Shown here piece after piece: positions 8,800-19,351 of a DNA stretch of 64,000 nt. The DNA lies in NCBI GenBank assembly GCA_964462525.1, contig CAYWWY010000007.1:19963-83962 (forward strand). The letters run 5' to 3'. Numbering within the stretch: the stretch's first letter is position 1; each line of letters starts with the position of its first letter. The notes beneath the pieces were generated by a model. The model did not search any database. It saw only the letters and a list, made by a program, of their open reading frames with translations, and was not told where the DNA came from. This DNA is from an uncultured Thermotogaceae bacterium (GTDB lineage Bacteria; Thermotogota; Thermotogae; MWEM01). A program made the translations under genes and the position numbers.

Positions 8800-11136
8800 C
8801 TAGATCTCCTGAGCCTCCAAACCAAGGGAAAAGAAGATATCAACAATTTCCGCATCAAACTGGGATCCTGAGCCTTTGAGTATTTCTTGCCTGGCAAACT
8901 CGACGGAGTAAGGTTCACGATAGGCTCTCAAGCTGGTCATAGCATCATAAGCATCGGCTACCGCGATAATCCGTGACGCAAGGGGAATCTCTTTTCCTTT
9001 GATCCTCGATGGATATCCCATCCCATCATATCGTTCGTGATGATACAAAACATATTGCCCGATATCCCGCAATTGTTCGGAAGTAGACAAAACCTTAGAC
9101 CCCCATACCGGATGCATTTTGATGCTTTCGTATTCTTCCTGAGTTAATCGGGTTACTTTGTTCAAGACATTGGTAGGGATCAGCAGCTTGCCTATATCAT
9201 GGACCAGTCCGGCCCAATAAACTCGTCGGATCCATTCGGCATCGTTTCGAATCTTTTCAGCAATCATTGAAGAATACCGAGCCACATTCTCCGAATGGCC
9301 TTTGGTGTAGAGGTCATAGAGTTCCAAAATCTGAATCATCGACATTAAAAGATCCTTTTGGAACTTTCCTTGTTGTTTTCGAAGCATCTCCTGGCTTTCA
9401 TGTAGCGCTTTCTCTGCAAGTTTTCGTTCGGTGATGTCCTCATAGGTTCCTAAGATTCCGATTACATTGTTGGTCTGATCAAATAGAGGAACTTTGTTCG
9501 TATCCAGCCACGCATGTTTTCCATCCCTTTGAAGCTGCCGTTCAATGATGTGGTATAGCGGGGTTCCAGTTTGAAGAACCTTTTTGTCGTACGCTCGAAA
9601 TGTTTCTGCTTCTTTTGGATCTAAAGACAGATCATAATCGGTTTTCCCGATAATGGACCGGGGAGAGGGTAACCCTTTCGCTCGCGCGTAATTGCTATTG
9701 CATCCCAAATATCGCAATTTTCGATCCTTCCAGAACACATGTTGAGGAATACTGTCCATAACCAATTGGAGCATCTTTTTTGATTCGCGTAATTCTTCTT
9801 CGGACTGAATCCTTTGTGTGATATCGCTGAAAAACCCATCCCAGATAATACTTCCATTGGCCGCTTTTTCTGGCGTTGACTTGGATTCGAGCCATATGTA
9901 TTCTGTAGTTTTCCGGAACCGGAATACGGCATGGTATGGTTGTAGAGTCCGTGCAGACTCCTTGAGCCTTTCCATGAATTCTTCGTGGTCTTCTGGATGG
10001 ATTCGTTCGATCAAGGCATAGCTATCCCGTAACACTTCTTCATAAGGCACGCCTGTCACTTCTTCACAGTTTTCATTTAAATATGAAAAAACGAACGAGT
10101 CATCTTCCTTCATTACGAACTGATACACGATTGCAGGCGTATTTTCGATCAGCCTTTTGTACTGTTCTTCGTTCTTTTTTAACTCATCCATTTTCTTCTT
10201 GAGACGGCGCTTCAAGAGAAGGGTTATGCAGACGAGACTGCCAATCAAACCAAGGGCAAACCCTATGCTTATCCAAATAAGCTGAAGCGTTTGCTCATCA
10301 ATTCCTGAATACACATCTAGAGCAATCCATTTCTTTCGGATGGTTTCGAGTTCGATCGCAGGAATTTGCCCCAAGGCTTTTTGGATCGAACTATATAGAA
10401 GGGGGTAGTGTCGGCTGATTCCAATGCTCCAAGCAAAGGAATAATCTGTTTCCCCTGCAACACGAAGGTTGGGAATGCCCATTTGATCAATAAAGAAGGC
10501 TGCAACCGCTAGGTTTTCAACATAGATGTCGATCTGACCAAACGAAAGGTCCTTTAGGCCTTCAGGGACACTGGTTACGGTAACGACTTCGTATCGATAT
10601 GTGAACGCGCGATCTCGGATAAACTGTTCGGTGGCATATCCCGAAACCACGCCGATCCGTTTGTTGGCTGAGGTATTCAGAGTAACTCTTCCCGGGACTT
10701 GATATGTGCTTAAGAGAACCACAGGAACTGTGGCATAGGGGTCGGTAAAGAAAGCGTAGCGTTCCCGTTCTTCAGTTCGGACAATGGTTGGCGCGATCGC
10801 GCACTCTCCTGTTTCTAGTGCCCTTAAATGCTCCATCCAATCGGTTGAAGGAACTTTCTTAAACGAAACGCCGAGGATTTCTTCGATCATCTGGATCACG
10901 TCTGCGCCCATCCCGACAAAGACTCCCTCGTCGGACTGGAATTCAATGGGAGGAAACTCAACATTGTAATAGAGAACCAGCTTGTCTGGATTCTGCTCAA
11001 GCCAGGTCTTCTCTTCTAAAGTAAGGATAATGGAAGAGGTATTTTCGGAACTCATGAGTACCGAAGGAATCAGAAAAAAAAGCGCAGAAATAACAAGAAA
11101 CAGACCAAAAAAACCTTCGTTCCGCCAATTATTCAC
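8800..11136 (-). CDS. Solute-binding (PBPb)-TM-PAS-PAS-HD-GYP c-di-GMP phosphodiesterase
   Basis: Signal peptide, FPPIEF PBPb domain, one TM helix, two PAS domains, YTKGHS..V, HDIGK, HHERYDGMGYP, DAYDAMTS. Confidence 0.88.
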   Translation of the reverse strand: MNNWRNEGFFGLFLVISALFFLIPSVLMSSENTSSIILTLEEKTWLEQNPDKLVLYYNVEFPPIEFQSDEGVFVGMGADVIQMIEEILGVSFKKVPSTDWMEHLRALETGECAIAPTIVRTEERERYAFFTDPYATVPVVLLSTYQVPGRVTLNTSANKRIGVVSGYATEQFIRDRAFTYRYEVVTVTSVPEGLKDLSFGQIDIYVENLAVAAFFIDQMGIPNLRVAGETDYSFAWSIGISRHYPLLYSSIQKALGQIPAIELETIRKKWIALDVYSGIDEQTLQLIWISIGFALGLIGSLVCITLLLKRRLKKKMDELKKNEEQYKRLIENTPAIVYQFVMKEDDSFVFSYLNENCEEVTGVPYEEVLRDSYALIERIHPEDHEEFMERLKESARTLQPYHAVFRFRKTTEYIWLESKSTPEKAANGSIIWDGFFSDITQRIQSEEELRESKKMLQLVMDSIPQHVFWKDRKLRYLGCNSNYARAKGLPSPRSIIGKTDYDLSLDPKEAETFRAYDKKVLQTGTPLYHIIERQLQRDGKHAWLDTNKVPLFDQTNNVIGILGTYEDITERKLAEKALHESQEMLRKQQGKFQKDLLMSMIQILELYDLYTKGHSENVARYSSMIAEKIRNDAEWIRRVYWAGLVHDIGKLLIPTNVLNKVTRLTQEEYESIKMHPVWGSKVLSTSEQLRDIGQYVLYHHERYDGMGYPSRIKGKEIPLASRIIAVADAYDAMTSLRAYREPYSVEFARQEILKGSGSQFDAEIVDIFFSLGLEAQEI

Positions 11137-11407
11137 TGCGATGGGGTTCCTTCCATTAAAAATGAATCAACAAATCGAATTATACCATATTGGAAGGTGC
11201 TATTCTCAAAGATTTTGGAAAAGTGTTTTTTCTGAAGATTTGAGTAACAGTACGATTGAGCTATTTTTACCAATTAATCTAAGTAAAGATAATGCGATTT
11301 TAATACGCTTCGCAATCCAATCCTTCATTCTTTGTCCAACCCGATTGCGATCCGGAAACGCGGTTCGCTTTTCTCTAGTCTTTCGATTGCCCTTTCGTAG
11401 CAATGGT

Positions 11408-12232
11408 TTACGCTTCGCTCAAGAATGAGAAAACGTCTCGCTGAAAGGATTTTCCCTGCGCAGGATGGCCCATCTTTGGGTAGAGGATCAACCGCCCGTG
11501 CGGAATCCCTTCTGCAGTTTGCTTGAAGAGTTCTTCGGAGTAAAACGGATCTTGACTGCCAGCGATAACCAAAACTGGAGTGGTAATTCGATGGAGATCG
11601 TCTCGGAAAGCGTGTTTGTCTTCCGCCAAAACAGTAACGACCAAATCAGAAGGATCTTTGGGTCTATCGAACATCACAATCATAAGCGATCCGATCCATA
11701 GGAAAGGCGCAATCAAAAACCTCATCAATCCTTTCTTGGGTTGCATAAAACCCAGAAGCAGAGAATAGGCTTTGGAATACCGGTCCGCTTTAGCCATTTC
11801 CGCAACGCGCAACTGAAGAGCTTTTGCTTCTTTACTCAAAGCATGAGCGCTCGAGTGGATAATCGCTTTTCGCACCAAATGCGCATAATCAGCCAGAAAG
11901 TACAAAAGGATCGATCCACCAGTTGAAAGGCCGATCACATCAACCGGTCCGGAAAACTCATCCCTGATCATTTGGGCATAGTCATCAGCCATCTCCTTTA
12001 GGGTGTATCCATGGGGCAGATTCGGTTTCCGCAAAACGATATAGATTGTGTACTCCTCCATAAGGAAACCGTACATACTTTTAGACATCCCTGCAAATAC
12101 CCCGGGTTTGTTCTCAAACATCAAACCCTGAAAGACAACTAAAGGCTTTGGCCCATACCCAAATCGATCATAGGGCAAACCGCTTTTCTGAAAATACCCT
12201 GAAACAGAAGGGGTTTCTTTGGATTTGCTCAT
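11408..12232 (-). CDS. Alpha/beta fold hydrolase
   Basis: GLSTGG nucleophile elbow, catalytic D (GSQDPF) and H (MGHP). Confidence 0.85.
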   Translation of the reverse strand: MSKSKETPSVSGYFQKSGLPYDRFGYGPKPLVVFQGLMFENKPGVFAGMSKSMYGFLMEEYTIYIVLRKPNLPHGYTLKEMADDYAQMIRDEFSGPVDVIGLSTGGSILLYFLADYAHLVRKAIIHSSAHALSKEAKALQLRVAEMAKADRYSKAYSLLLGFMQPKKGLMRFLIAPFLWIGSLMIVMFDRPKDPSDLVVTVLAEDKHAFRDDLHRITTPVLVIAGSQDPFYSEELFKQTAEGIPHGRLILYPKMGHPAQGKSFQRDVFSFLSEA

Positions 12233-12461
12233 CTTCCTCATCCTTTCTTGAATATGATCGGTGTGATTCCGAAGATTTGCATTCCAGAAGCTATGGGTAG
12301 CATCTTTTTCACAATCTTCGGGAGTTTCTCATAGTGATAGTATGATTCCGATCTCTCCAATTTTGATTCCCACATTCCTCATGCAGAATCCTCCTCCAAC
12401 AATCTTTTCTATATTTTACGCCATAGCTGAGATCCTACACGATCCATTTTCTCATCCTGGC

Positions 12462-13799
12462 TCATCCAATGGCAAGGTAGAAGACAAACATCCCCGCCAG
12501 GATCCAGGTCAAAATATTAGTATCCCTAAACCTCCCTGTGAACAACTTGATGATGGGATAAGCGATGAATCCCACAGCGATTCCGTGCGATATGGAATAA
12601 GTCAAAGGGATCATCAGTAGGGTGAGGAAAGCCGGGATAGACTCTGTGGCATCCTGCCAATCGATTTTCGTTGCGGAACGAGTCATGAGAAATCCTACGA
12701 AGATCAATGCAGGAGCAGTAGCCGCCCCAGGGATGGACGCAGCAAGCGGAGAGAAGAAGAGCATAGCCAGCATCGCTATAGACGTGACAACAGAAGCAAA
12801 GCCCGTTCGCGCTCCTTCGGCAATTCCAGCAGCACTTTCAATATAAGCAGTAGTGGTCGAGGTTCCGAGAACCGCACCTGCCGTGGTTGCGATGGCATCG
12901 CACATAAAGGCTTCTTTGTCTCTGTCCAGGTTTCCATCAGAATTCGCAAAACCCGATGTATTGGAAAGACCGATCAGCGTCCCTGCGGTATCGAACAGAT
13001 CCAGAAAGAAGAAGGTCAGCATCACAGTGATGAAACCAAAGGTGAAGATCACATCCGGTTCAAAGACCATCTTCGCAAAGATCGGTTCGATACTGGGGAC
13101 TCGTCCCACAAGACCCTGAAAGGGCGCATGTCCGGTCAGCCAAGATAGTCCTGCCGAACCCAGAATACCAAATAAAACGGATCCGGGTACTTTCAGCACA
13201 TAAAGAATCGAAATCAACAAGATCCCAAAAGCGGTGATCAGCACGTCCAAGCTGTATACAGAGCCCAATTCCACAAGCGTTGAGGGATTCTGTACAATCA
13301 TGCCACCGTTTTCCAGACCGATCAACGCGATAAACAAACCGATTCCAACCCCTATTCCCATTTTCAGAGATTTTGGAATCCCTCGCGTGATCAAGGTCCG
13401 CAGTCCTCCAAGGGTAATCACGATGAAGATGATTCCTTCAAAAAAGATGGCCGTCAGCGCGATTCTCCAATCAATGCCCATACCGATGCATACTGTATAC
13501 GCAAAAAAGGCGTTCAATCCCATACCCGGAGCGAGAGCAAAGGGATACTTGGCCCAGAAGGCCATGAGGATCGTACCCACCACCGAGCTGAGGATCGTCG
13601 CCACCATGAATGCTCCAAAAAACTGACTGAACAGCTCCGGGTTTTCTGATGCCCCAGGAATGACATTGATCAGAACGCTGGGATTGACTACGACGATATA
13701 GGAGACGGTCAGAAAAGTGACAATTCCTCCGATTGCTTCTTTTCGGAATGTACTTCCCGCTTTAGAGATTCCGAAAAAATGATCAATCTTGCGAACCAT
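12462..13799 (-). CDS. NCS2/AzgA family nucleobase (guanine/hypoxanthine/adenine) permease
   Basis: APGMGLNAFF, DLFDTAGT, TTAYIESAAGI..GARTG; start at ATG behind GGGGAGG. Confidence 0.92.
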   Translation of the reverse strand: MVRKIDHFFGISKAGSTFRKEAIGGIVTFLTVSYIVVVNPSVLINVIPGASENPELFSQFFGAFMVATILSSVVGTILMAFWAKYPFALAPGMGLNAFFAYTVCIGMGIDWRIALTAIFFEGIIFIVITLGGLRTLITRGIPKSLKMGIGVGIGLFIALIGLENGGMIVQNPSTLVELGSVYSLDVLITAFGILLISILYVLKVPGSVLFGILGSAGLSWLTGHAPFQGLVGRVPSIEPIFAKMVFEPDVIFTFGFITVMLTFFFLDLFDTAGTLIGLSNTSGFANSDGNLDRDKEAFMCDAIATTAGAVLGTSTTTAYIESAAGIAEGARTGFASVVTSIAMLAMLFFSPLAASIPGAATAPALIFVGFLMTRSATKIDWQDATESIPAFLTLLMIPLTYSISHGIAVGFIAYPIIKLFTGRFRDTNILTWILAGMFVFYLAIG

Positions 13800-13936
13800 A
13801 GCGCTTCTACCTCCCCTATCTAAAGCGATTACAGCGATTTCTAGGATATTATAGCACAAACATAACTCTACAGATTTGTTCGTACTTTTATTCACTACTG
13901 ATCGCTGGTGGAAATCGGAGTATTGGGAGGAATCTA

Positions 13937-13965
13937 TTGACATACTGTGTAACGTATGGTATAAT
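13937..13965 (+). promoter_or_regulatory. Consensus sigma70 promoter with inverted repeat in the spacer (candidate PadR operator)
   Basis: TTGACA-N17-TATAAT with extended TG; CATAC-N8-GTATG at 13941-13958. Confidence 0.8.
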
Positions 13966-13994
13966 ATAATATATTGTATAAGGAGGTGCACGGT

Positions 13995-14327
13995 ATGGGC
14001 CGAGACACAATTGATTCCGAAATGAACCGCGGATTTCTCCAACTCCTCATTCTTTTTTTACTGGAAAAGGCCACGTACGGATACGGAATCCTTCAACGAG
14101 TAAACGGATTGGGATACTCTGTCGAAGAAAACTCGCTCTACCCATTGTTGCGTCGGCTTGCGGAAAAGGGATATCTTTCCAGCAAATGGGAGGTTGTGGA
14201 AAACAAACCCCGGAAGTATTACGAAATCTCCAAGGAAGGGCGAGCTTTGAGAAAACAGCAGTATGAAGTGTGGAAGCAACAGAATGAAATTCTCAGTGGA
14301 TTGAAGGAGGAGATCGACCATGAATAA
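13995..14327 (+). CDS. PadR family transcriptional regulator
   Basis: YGYGI, SLYPLLRRL..KG, KPRKYY.IS..G; AGGAGGT RBS. Confidence 0.92.
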   Translation: MGRDTIDSEMNRGFLQLLILFLLEKATYGYGILQRVNGLGYSVEENSLYPLLRRLAEKGYLSSKWEVVENKPRKYYEISKEGRALRKQQYEVWKQQNEILSGLKEEIDHE

Positions 14328-15249
14328 AGTGCTGGAAGCATATCTTGCGGAAGTAAGGGAGTATTTGGTGACTGAAGAGGATGTTCAAGACATTCTAGCC
14401 GAGATTCGCAGTCATATTCTCGAGAAATGCAGCGGCCAACATGAGGGATGCACAGAAGAAGCGGTTCAGAAGGTGTTAGAAGATTTCGGGAGCGCCATCG
14501 ATGTGGCCAAAGCCTATTCCACTGCCGAACCTGTTATTCCCGCCTATATGAAACGGGTGATGGTCTTCTATACGGGTGTGCTTTTTGCCATCCATGTGGG
14601 GCTTACGGGTCTATCAGTGGCATTGGGCACCAGCGGTTATCCGTTCTTCTACCATCCAACATGGTGGCAGTTCCTCGCGGCCATACCTTGGATCTTTGTC
14701 TTCGATTTTGGGCTGGTGGCATTGGGATTGTCCGTAATGAGCCACTTCAAGAAAGTAAAGTTCATTCCATTGCCAAGCAGAGCCTATATCCCCTTCGGGG
14801 AGAGAAAATTCCATCCGATTCTCCTGGTTTTGCAGGTTGTTTTATGCGGTGTAATCCTTTATATAGCGCTTCAACCACAGGTTTTTGAAAACTGGCTGAG
14901 AAACCTGTTCGAGGCCCGAGAGATGGCATTCGTTCCTCCTTCGACCCTGTTTTCTGGCTTGTATCTTGGAATCGCGCTGTCCCATGTCCTGGATGTGGTT
15001 TTTTACTTTACAAGAATTTGGTTTCGCAAAGGGTTTTCGGAATTTCTAAAAATGATTTTTTCGATCACAATCCTGCAGTATATCCTTAGTACCGAACTGA
15101 TCGTTCAAACCGATCTGGAACGGTTGGTCCAGAACGTCTTTCGTGGATTGATTCTCTTTGGATTTGTGGTTCAAATCATTGGGATCATCGGTGTCATGAT
15201 CCACTGGGTCGTTACAGAAACGAAAGAAAAGCGGATATGTGCGAAGTAG
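14320..15249 (+). CDS. PadR-associated membrane protein with N-terminal HAAS/DUF1700-like domain
   Basis: YLAEVREYL...DILAEIRSHI...FGS...VAK.Y followed by about 6 TM helices; overlaps the padR stop. Confidence 0.75.
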   Translation: MNKVLEAYLAEVREYLVTEEDVQDILAEIRSHILEKCSGQHEGCTEEAVQKVLEDFGSAIDVAKAYSTAEPVIPAYMKRVMVFYTGVLFAIHVGLTGLSVALGTSGYPFFYHPTWWQFLAAIPWIFVFDFGLVALGLSVMSHFKKVKFIPLPSRAYIPFGERKFHPILLVLQVVLCGVILYIALQPQVFENWLRNLFEAREMAFVPPSTLFSGLYLGIALSHVLDVVFYFTRIWFRKGFSEFLKMIFSITILQYILSTELIVQTDLERLVQNVFRGLILFGFVVQIIGIIGVMIHWVVTETKEKRICAK

Positions 15250-15266
15250 CAAAGGATGGGGAAAAG

Positions 15267-16262
15267 ATGAAAGCGATTGTGTGCACTCGATATGGGCCTC
15301 CTGAAGTACTAGAGATGAAGGAGATCCCGAAACCAAAGCCAAAACCGAACGAAGTCCGTATCAGGATCAAAGCCACCGGGGTCACATCCGGCGATGTTCG
15401 GATCCGGAGATTCGATGTGCCTATATCTTTCTGGATACCCGCTCGCCTCGCTCTGGGAATGACCAAACCTCGATACGCAGTGTTGGGTATTGTATCATCT
15501 GGAGAAATTGATTCGGTGGGCAGCGGAGTATGTCGATTCAAACCAGGAGACCAAGTTTTCGCCGCAACGGATTTAGATCGCTTTGGAGCGTATGCGGAGT
15601 ATTTGTGTATCAAAGAGACAGGAAGCATCGCCTTAAAACCGGGAAATATGAATTATGAAGAAGCTGCCTCGATTATCTTTGGCGGGCTTACAGCAATTGA
15701 TTTCCTCAGAAGGGCGGGTCTAAAAAAAGGGCATAAAATCCTGATCTATGGGGCTTCCGGAAGCGTGGGCACCTCGAGTGTCCAACTCGCGAAACACTAT
15801 GGCGCAGAAGTCACTGGGGTATGTAGTGGCGTAAACACCGATATGGTGCGTGCTTTAGGCGCAGATCATGTGATTGACTACCTCAAGGAAGATTTTTCCA
15901 AACATGGGGTCCTGTACGACGTAGTGTTTGATGCAGTTGCTAAAGCCCCTTTTTCTGCTTGTTTGCGCGCTCTGAAAAAAGGCGGGGTTTATATGAATGC
16001 CCTCGATACTCCAGGCATGATGATGCGTATGCGATGGGCATCTTGGACAAGGGGGATCCGTTTGCGGGATAAAAGCAACACGAAGAAAATCAGCAAAATC
16101 AGTTCTGAGGATTTCTTCATGTTGAAAACCTTAGCCGACGAGAGAGCGATTCGCCCGGTGATCGACCGTGTCTATTCTTTAAATGAGATCGTCGAAGCGC
16201 ACCGCTATGTCCAGCAGGGTCATAAGAAAGGAAATGTGGCAGTATCTATTGGTACCCCTTGA
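15267..16262 (+). CDS. NAD(P)-dependent medium-chain alcohol dehydrogenase / quinone oxidoreductase-like protein
   Basis: YGPPEVL, GAYAEY, GASGSVG, GHKKGNV. Confidence 0.9.
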   Translation: MKAIVCTRYGPPEVLEMKEIPKPKPKPNEVRIRIKATGVTSGDVRIRRFDVPISFWIPARLALGMTKPRYAVLGIVSSGEIDSVGSGVCRFKPGDQVFAATDLDRFGAYAEYLCIKETGSIALKPGNMNYEEAASIIFGGLTAIDFLRRAGLKKGHKILIYGASGSVGTSSVQLAKHYGAEVTGVCSGVNTDMVRALGADHVIDYLKEDFSKHGVLYDVVFDAVAKAPFSACLRALKKGGVYMNALDTPGMMMRMRWASWTRGIRLRDKSNTKKISKISSEDFFMLKTLADERAIRPVIDRVYSLNEIVEAHRYVQQGHKKGNVAVSIGTP

Positions 16263-16461
16263 TTAAAAGAAAAACCCATTGTTCCGGGTTCTTTGTGCAG
16301 AAGGAGCATCCATTTTTCTTATTGAATGAATAACTTTGGGTTTTTGGTGTATAATATCCAGAAGAGGTTCCGAAAAAAACCGGACATGTCATCCATGCAA
16401 GAAATCAAACCTTGCCCAAAACGGAATAGAATGCTTAGATTGTAGATCTGGAGGAAAAATC

Positions 16462-17634
16462 GTGGCGACCATTCATGAACGAACCAACCTTTCGGTATTC
16501 AAAGAGATACGGAATGCAATGGATATGGTGAATCCCAAAATTGCCAAAGTCTATATTCCTTGGTTAATGAAGCACCCCCGATACCTTAGGCGTGCTTTGC
16601 CGATGCTCAAACAGTTTCATCAATGTGAACAGATTCGACAGAACCATCTTAAGCAAGGCGTCATGGTTCCACCCATTCTGATCCTGAGCATCACATCCCG
16701 ATGTAACTTGAATTGCGCAGGATGTTTTGCTGCCGTTGTGGGAACGAAAGTTTCTTCTTCCGATCTGGATTCCCGTTTGCCTTTGGATTTTGACCAGTGG
16801 AAAGGCATCTTGACCGATACGTCAGAGATGGGAGTGTATACCTACCTAATCGCAGGTGGAGAGCCTTTGCTCTTCCCGAGATTGATCGAGTTATGTCAGC
16901 TCTTTCCCAACCAGCTTTTTGTCATTTTCTCCAACGGCACATTACTAACACCCCCTATGCTGGATCGGCTTGCCAAGTCAACCAACATCGTCGTTGTGGT
17001 GAGCATCGAAGGAAACAGGCTCCAAACAGACGATCGCAGAGGCGTTGGAGTGTACGAGAGAGTCTCAGGAGGGATCGGTCTCCTAAAGAAACGTGGGATC
17101 CCTTGCGGGATTTCTGTAACCCTCACCCGATCGAACGCATCCTTCTGGATGGAAGACTCTTCTGTTGACCAAATCATCGAAATGGGCGCTCAAATGGGTG
17201 TGTTCATCGAATACATCCCTGTCTCATCTCCGTTAACCCAATCGATGGGCATCCAGAAGCAAGAAATCCTTCACCCTGACGAACGTATCGCATTCCGGAA
17301 GAAACTGTTGGAATATCGCGCTTCCAAACCGATGTTCTTCATTCATTCCCCCGGTGATGAAGAAGCCTTTGGGGGTTGTGTATCTGCCGCAAGAGGGTTT
17401 GCTCATATCACCCCGTATGGGGATGTGACTCCATGTCCTGTTTCCAACGTGGCAACGCACAATCTCACAACCGCGTCCTTCCAGCAGGCATTGCAAAGCC
17501 CTTTATTTACTATGATCCGTGAGAATGAATCGTTGCTGGAAAATACCGACGGACCTTGTGCTCTATTCGCTCATCAGGAAGAGTTGGATCGGTTGGTAGA
17601 CCAAATTGGCGCTTATCGAACGGGCGCTGATTAA
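16462..17634 (+). CDS. Radical SAM protein with SPASM/twitch domain
   Basis: CNLNCAGC, GGEP, GC..A.GFAHI.PYG.V.PC; GTG start behind GGAGG. Confidence 0.88.
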   Translation: MATIHERTNLSVFKEIRNAMDMVNPKIAKVYIPWLMKHPRYLRRALPMLKQFHQCEQIRQNHLKQGVMVPPILILSITSRCNLNCAGCFAAVVGTKVSSSDLDSRLPLDFDQWKGILTDTSEMGVYTYLIAGGEPLLFPRLIELCQLFPNQLFVIFSNGTLLTPPMLDRLAKSTNIVVVVSIEGNRLQTDDRRGVGVYERVSGGIGLLKKRGIPCGISVTLTRSNASFWMEDSSVDQIIEMGAQMGVFIEYIPVSSPLTQSMGIQKQEILHPDERIAFRKKLLEYRASKPMFFIHSPGDEEAFGGCVSAARGFAHITPYGDVTPCPVSNVATHNLTTASFQQALQSPLFTMIRENESLLENTDGPCALFAHQEELDRLVDQIGAYRTGAD

Positions 17635-17682
17635 GGGAGGAAGGGTTCAGTTTTAGAGAAGAAAAATTTGAAGGAGATAAAT

Positions 17683-18324
17683 ATGGAAGTATTCATTCGA
17701 AATGAGCGTGAAATTGACTACCGAGAAGTCGAAGAGCTCACAAGAGAAGCTTTTTGGAATCTTTATGTACCCGGTTGCGACGAACATTACCTGGTTCATA
17801 TCATGCGCAGCCATCCAGATTTTCTACCCGAACTAAGTTTTGTCGCAGTTTTGAATGGGAGAATCGTTGGGAATATCATGTATGCAAAATCCCGTTTGGT
17901 CAATGATACAGGTCGGAGCATCGACACAATAACCTTTGGTCCAGTCAGCGTTCTCCCTGAGTTTCAACGAAAAGGGATTGGTTCAAGACTGATTCTCCAT
18001 ACCGTTGAAATCGCTGATTCTTTGAACCACAAAGCCATTGTCATTTTTGGTCACCCGCATAATTATTGCAAACACGGGTTTGTAGGCTCAAAAAGGGTTA
18101 ATGTGTGTGATTCAGACGGTAGGTATCCATACAGTTTATTGGTACTTGAGTTAGAAAAGGGGTGTTTGGATAAGTATACATGGAAATACGTTCCTAGTGA
18201 TGTTTATTCCAATATAACCGAAAAATCAACGTTAGAGTTTGATGAATCGTTTGAGAAAAAGGAAAAGTGTTTTAAGCCTTCACAGGAAGAGTTTGCGATT
18301 GCCAGCCAAGCATTTATTGAGTGA
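17683..18324 (+). CDS. GNAT family N-acetyltransferase (YhbS-like)
   Basis: TREAFWN, GPVSVLPEFQRKGIG. Confidence 0.88.
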   Translation: MEVFIRNEREIDYREVEELTREAFWNLYVPGCDEHYLVHIMRSHPDFLPELSFVAVLNGRIVGNIMYAKSRLVNDTGRSIDTITFGPVSVLPEFQRKGIGSRLILHTVEIADSLNHKAIVIFGHPHNYCKHGFVGSKRVNVCDSDGRYPYSLLVLELEKGCLDKYTWKYVPSDVYSNITEKSTLEFDESFEKKEKCFKPSQEEFAIASQAFIE

Positions 18325-18469
18325 AACCGCGTTCCGGCATTTTTCTTTGCGAACCAATGCAGAAACAGAAGATTGATGAATCAGATCGAGTGGCGGAGGT
18401 ACGGTGAGTGCAACCGTTCAGCGCTGATCACGGGAGTCATGAATCATAATCGGAACAGGCGGCGAAACA

Positions 18470-19333
18470 ATAAGTACAGAAATTTACTATTTTTCTGGAA
18501 CGGGTAATTCTCTATTTGTTTCAAAGGAACTCCAGAAAAGAATCCCCGACTCCGTAATCATACCAATGATAAGCCTTATGCATAACGATGTGATCCAAAC
18601 CAAAGGAAAGTCGATTGGGTTTGTTTTTCCATGCCATGCGTTAACTATTCCTGTAGCAGTGAAACATTTTTTAAAAAAAATAGATCCAAAATCTTCTGAA
18701 TACTTTTTTGCAGTAGTTACAAGGTACGGAACGGTATTTAAAGGATTTGATAAAATAATAAAATTATTGAACAAGAAAAATAAAATTATTAATTCGCAAT
18801 TTATAATAAATATGTGCCATAATGAAGCACCTCGATCTAATAAAAATTACATCGTTCCTTCAGAATCCGATATTAAAAATATAGAAAAATCTGCGATTAA
18901 AAAAATCGATCTAATCAGTAGTACTATTGCGAATCAATATTCTATAATTGAAAAAGACACAACTGTACTCGCTAAAACTTCATCGAATACGATTAGTAGT
19001 GTACTAATTGAAAACTTTGTTGTTTTTCTTATGGATTTATCCGAATATATTGGAGGAGTTAATTATTTTTACCATGATGATGAATGCAACGGGTGCGGTG
19101 TATGTGAAAAAGTATGTTTATCGAAAAAGATTAAAATTGTAGAAAAAAAACCCGTCTGGCAAAAGAATGTGCTTTGCTACATGTGTTATGCATGCTTGAA
19201 TTACTGTCCCAGACAATCTGTTCAAATTAAAAATATCCCTTATGTAAAATCGTATACTACAAATAACCCGAGATATCCGCACCCATACGCTACAGCAAAT
19301 GAGATTTCGGCCCAAAAAGAACGCCATTCATAA
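18470..19333 (+). CDS. EFR1 family flavodoxin-ferredoxin (apparent ATA start codon)
   Basis: STEIYYFSGTGNS motif in frame upstream of the tracked ATG; CNGCGVCEKVC and CYMCYACLNYCP; visibly AT-rich. Confidence 0.8.
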   Translation: MSTEIYYFSGTGNSLFVSKELQKRIPDSVIIPMISLMHNDVIQTKGKSIGFVFPCHALTIPVAVKHFLKKIDPKSSEYFFAVVTRYGTVFKGFDKIIKLLNKKNKIINSQFIINMCHNEAPRSNKNYIVPSESDIKNIEKSAIKKIDLISSTIANQYSIIEKDTTVLAKTSSNTISSVLIENFVVFLMDLSEYIGGVNYFYHDDECNGCGVCEKVCLSKKIKIVEKKPVWQKNVLCYMCYACLNYCPRQSVQIKNIPYVKSYTTNNPRYPHPYATANEISAQKERHS

Positions 19334-19351
19334 AGGGTTTTTGGGGGGGTT

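Noticed and set aside
12242-12395. RBS plus a 17-codon ORF (MRNVGIKIGEIGIILSL*) in frame with the hydrolase across a TGA
   Set aside because: The intervening sequence does not look like a hydrolase extension and no SECIS is evident; more likely a decayed small gene
13800-13930. Purine riboswitch upstream of the NCS2 permease
   Set aside because: The leader is short (TGcTATAAT lies about 50 nt from the ATG) and has no purine aptamer core
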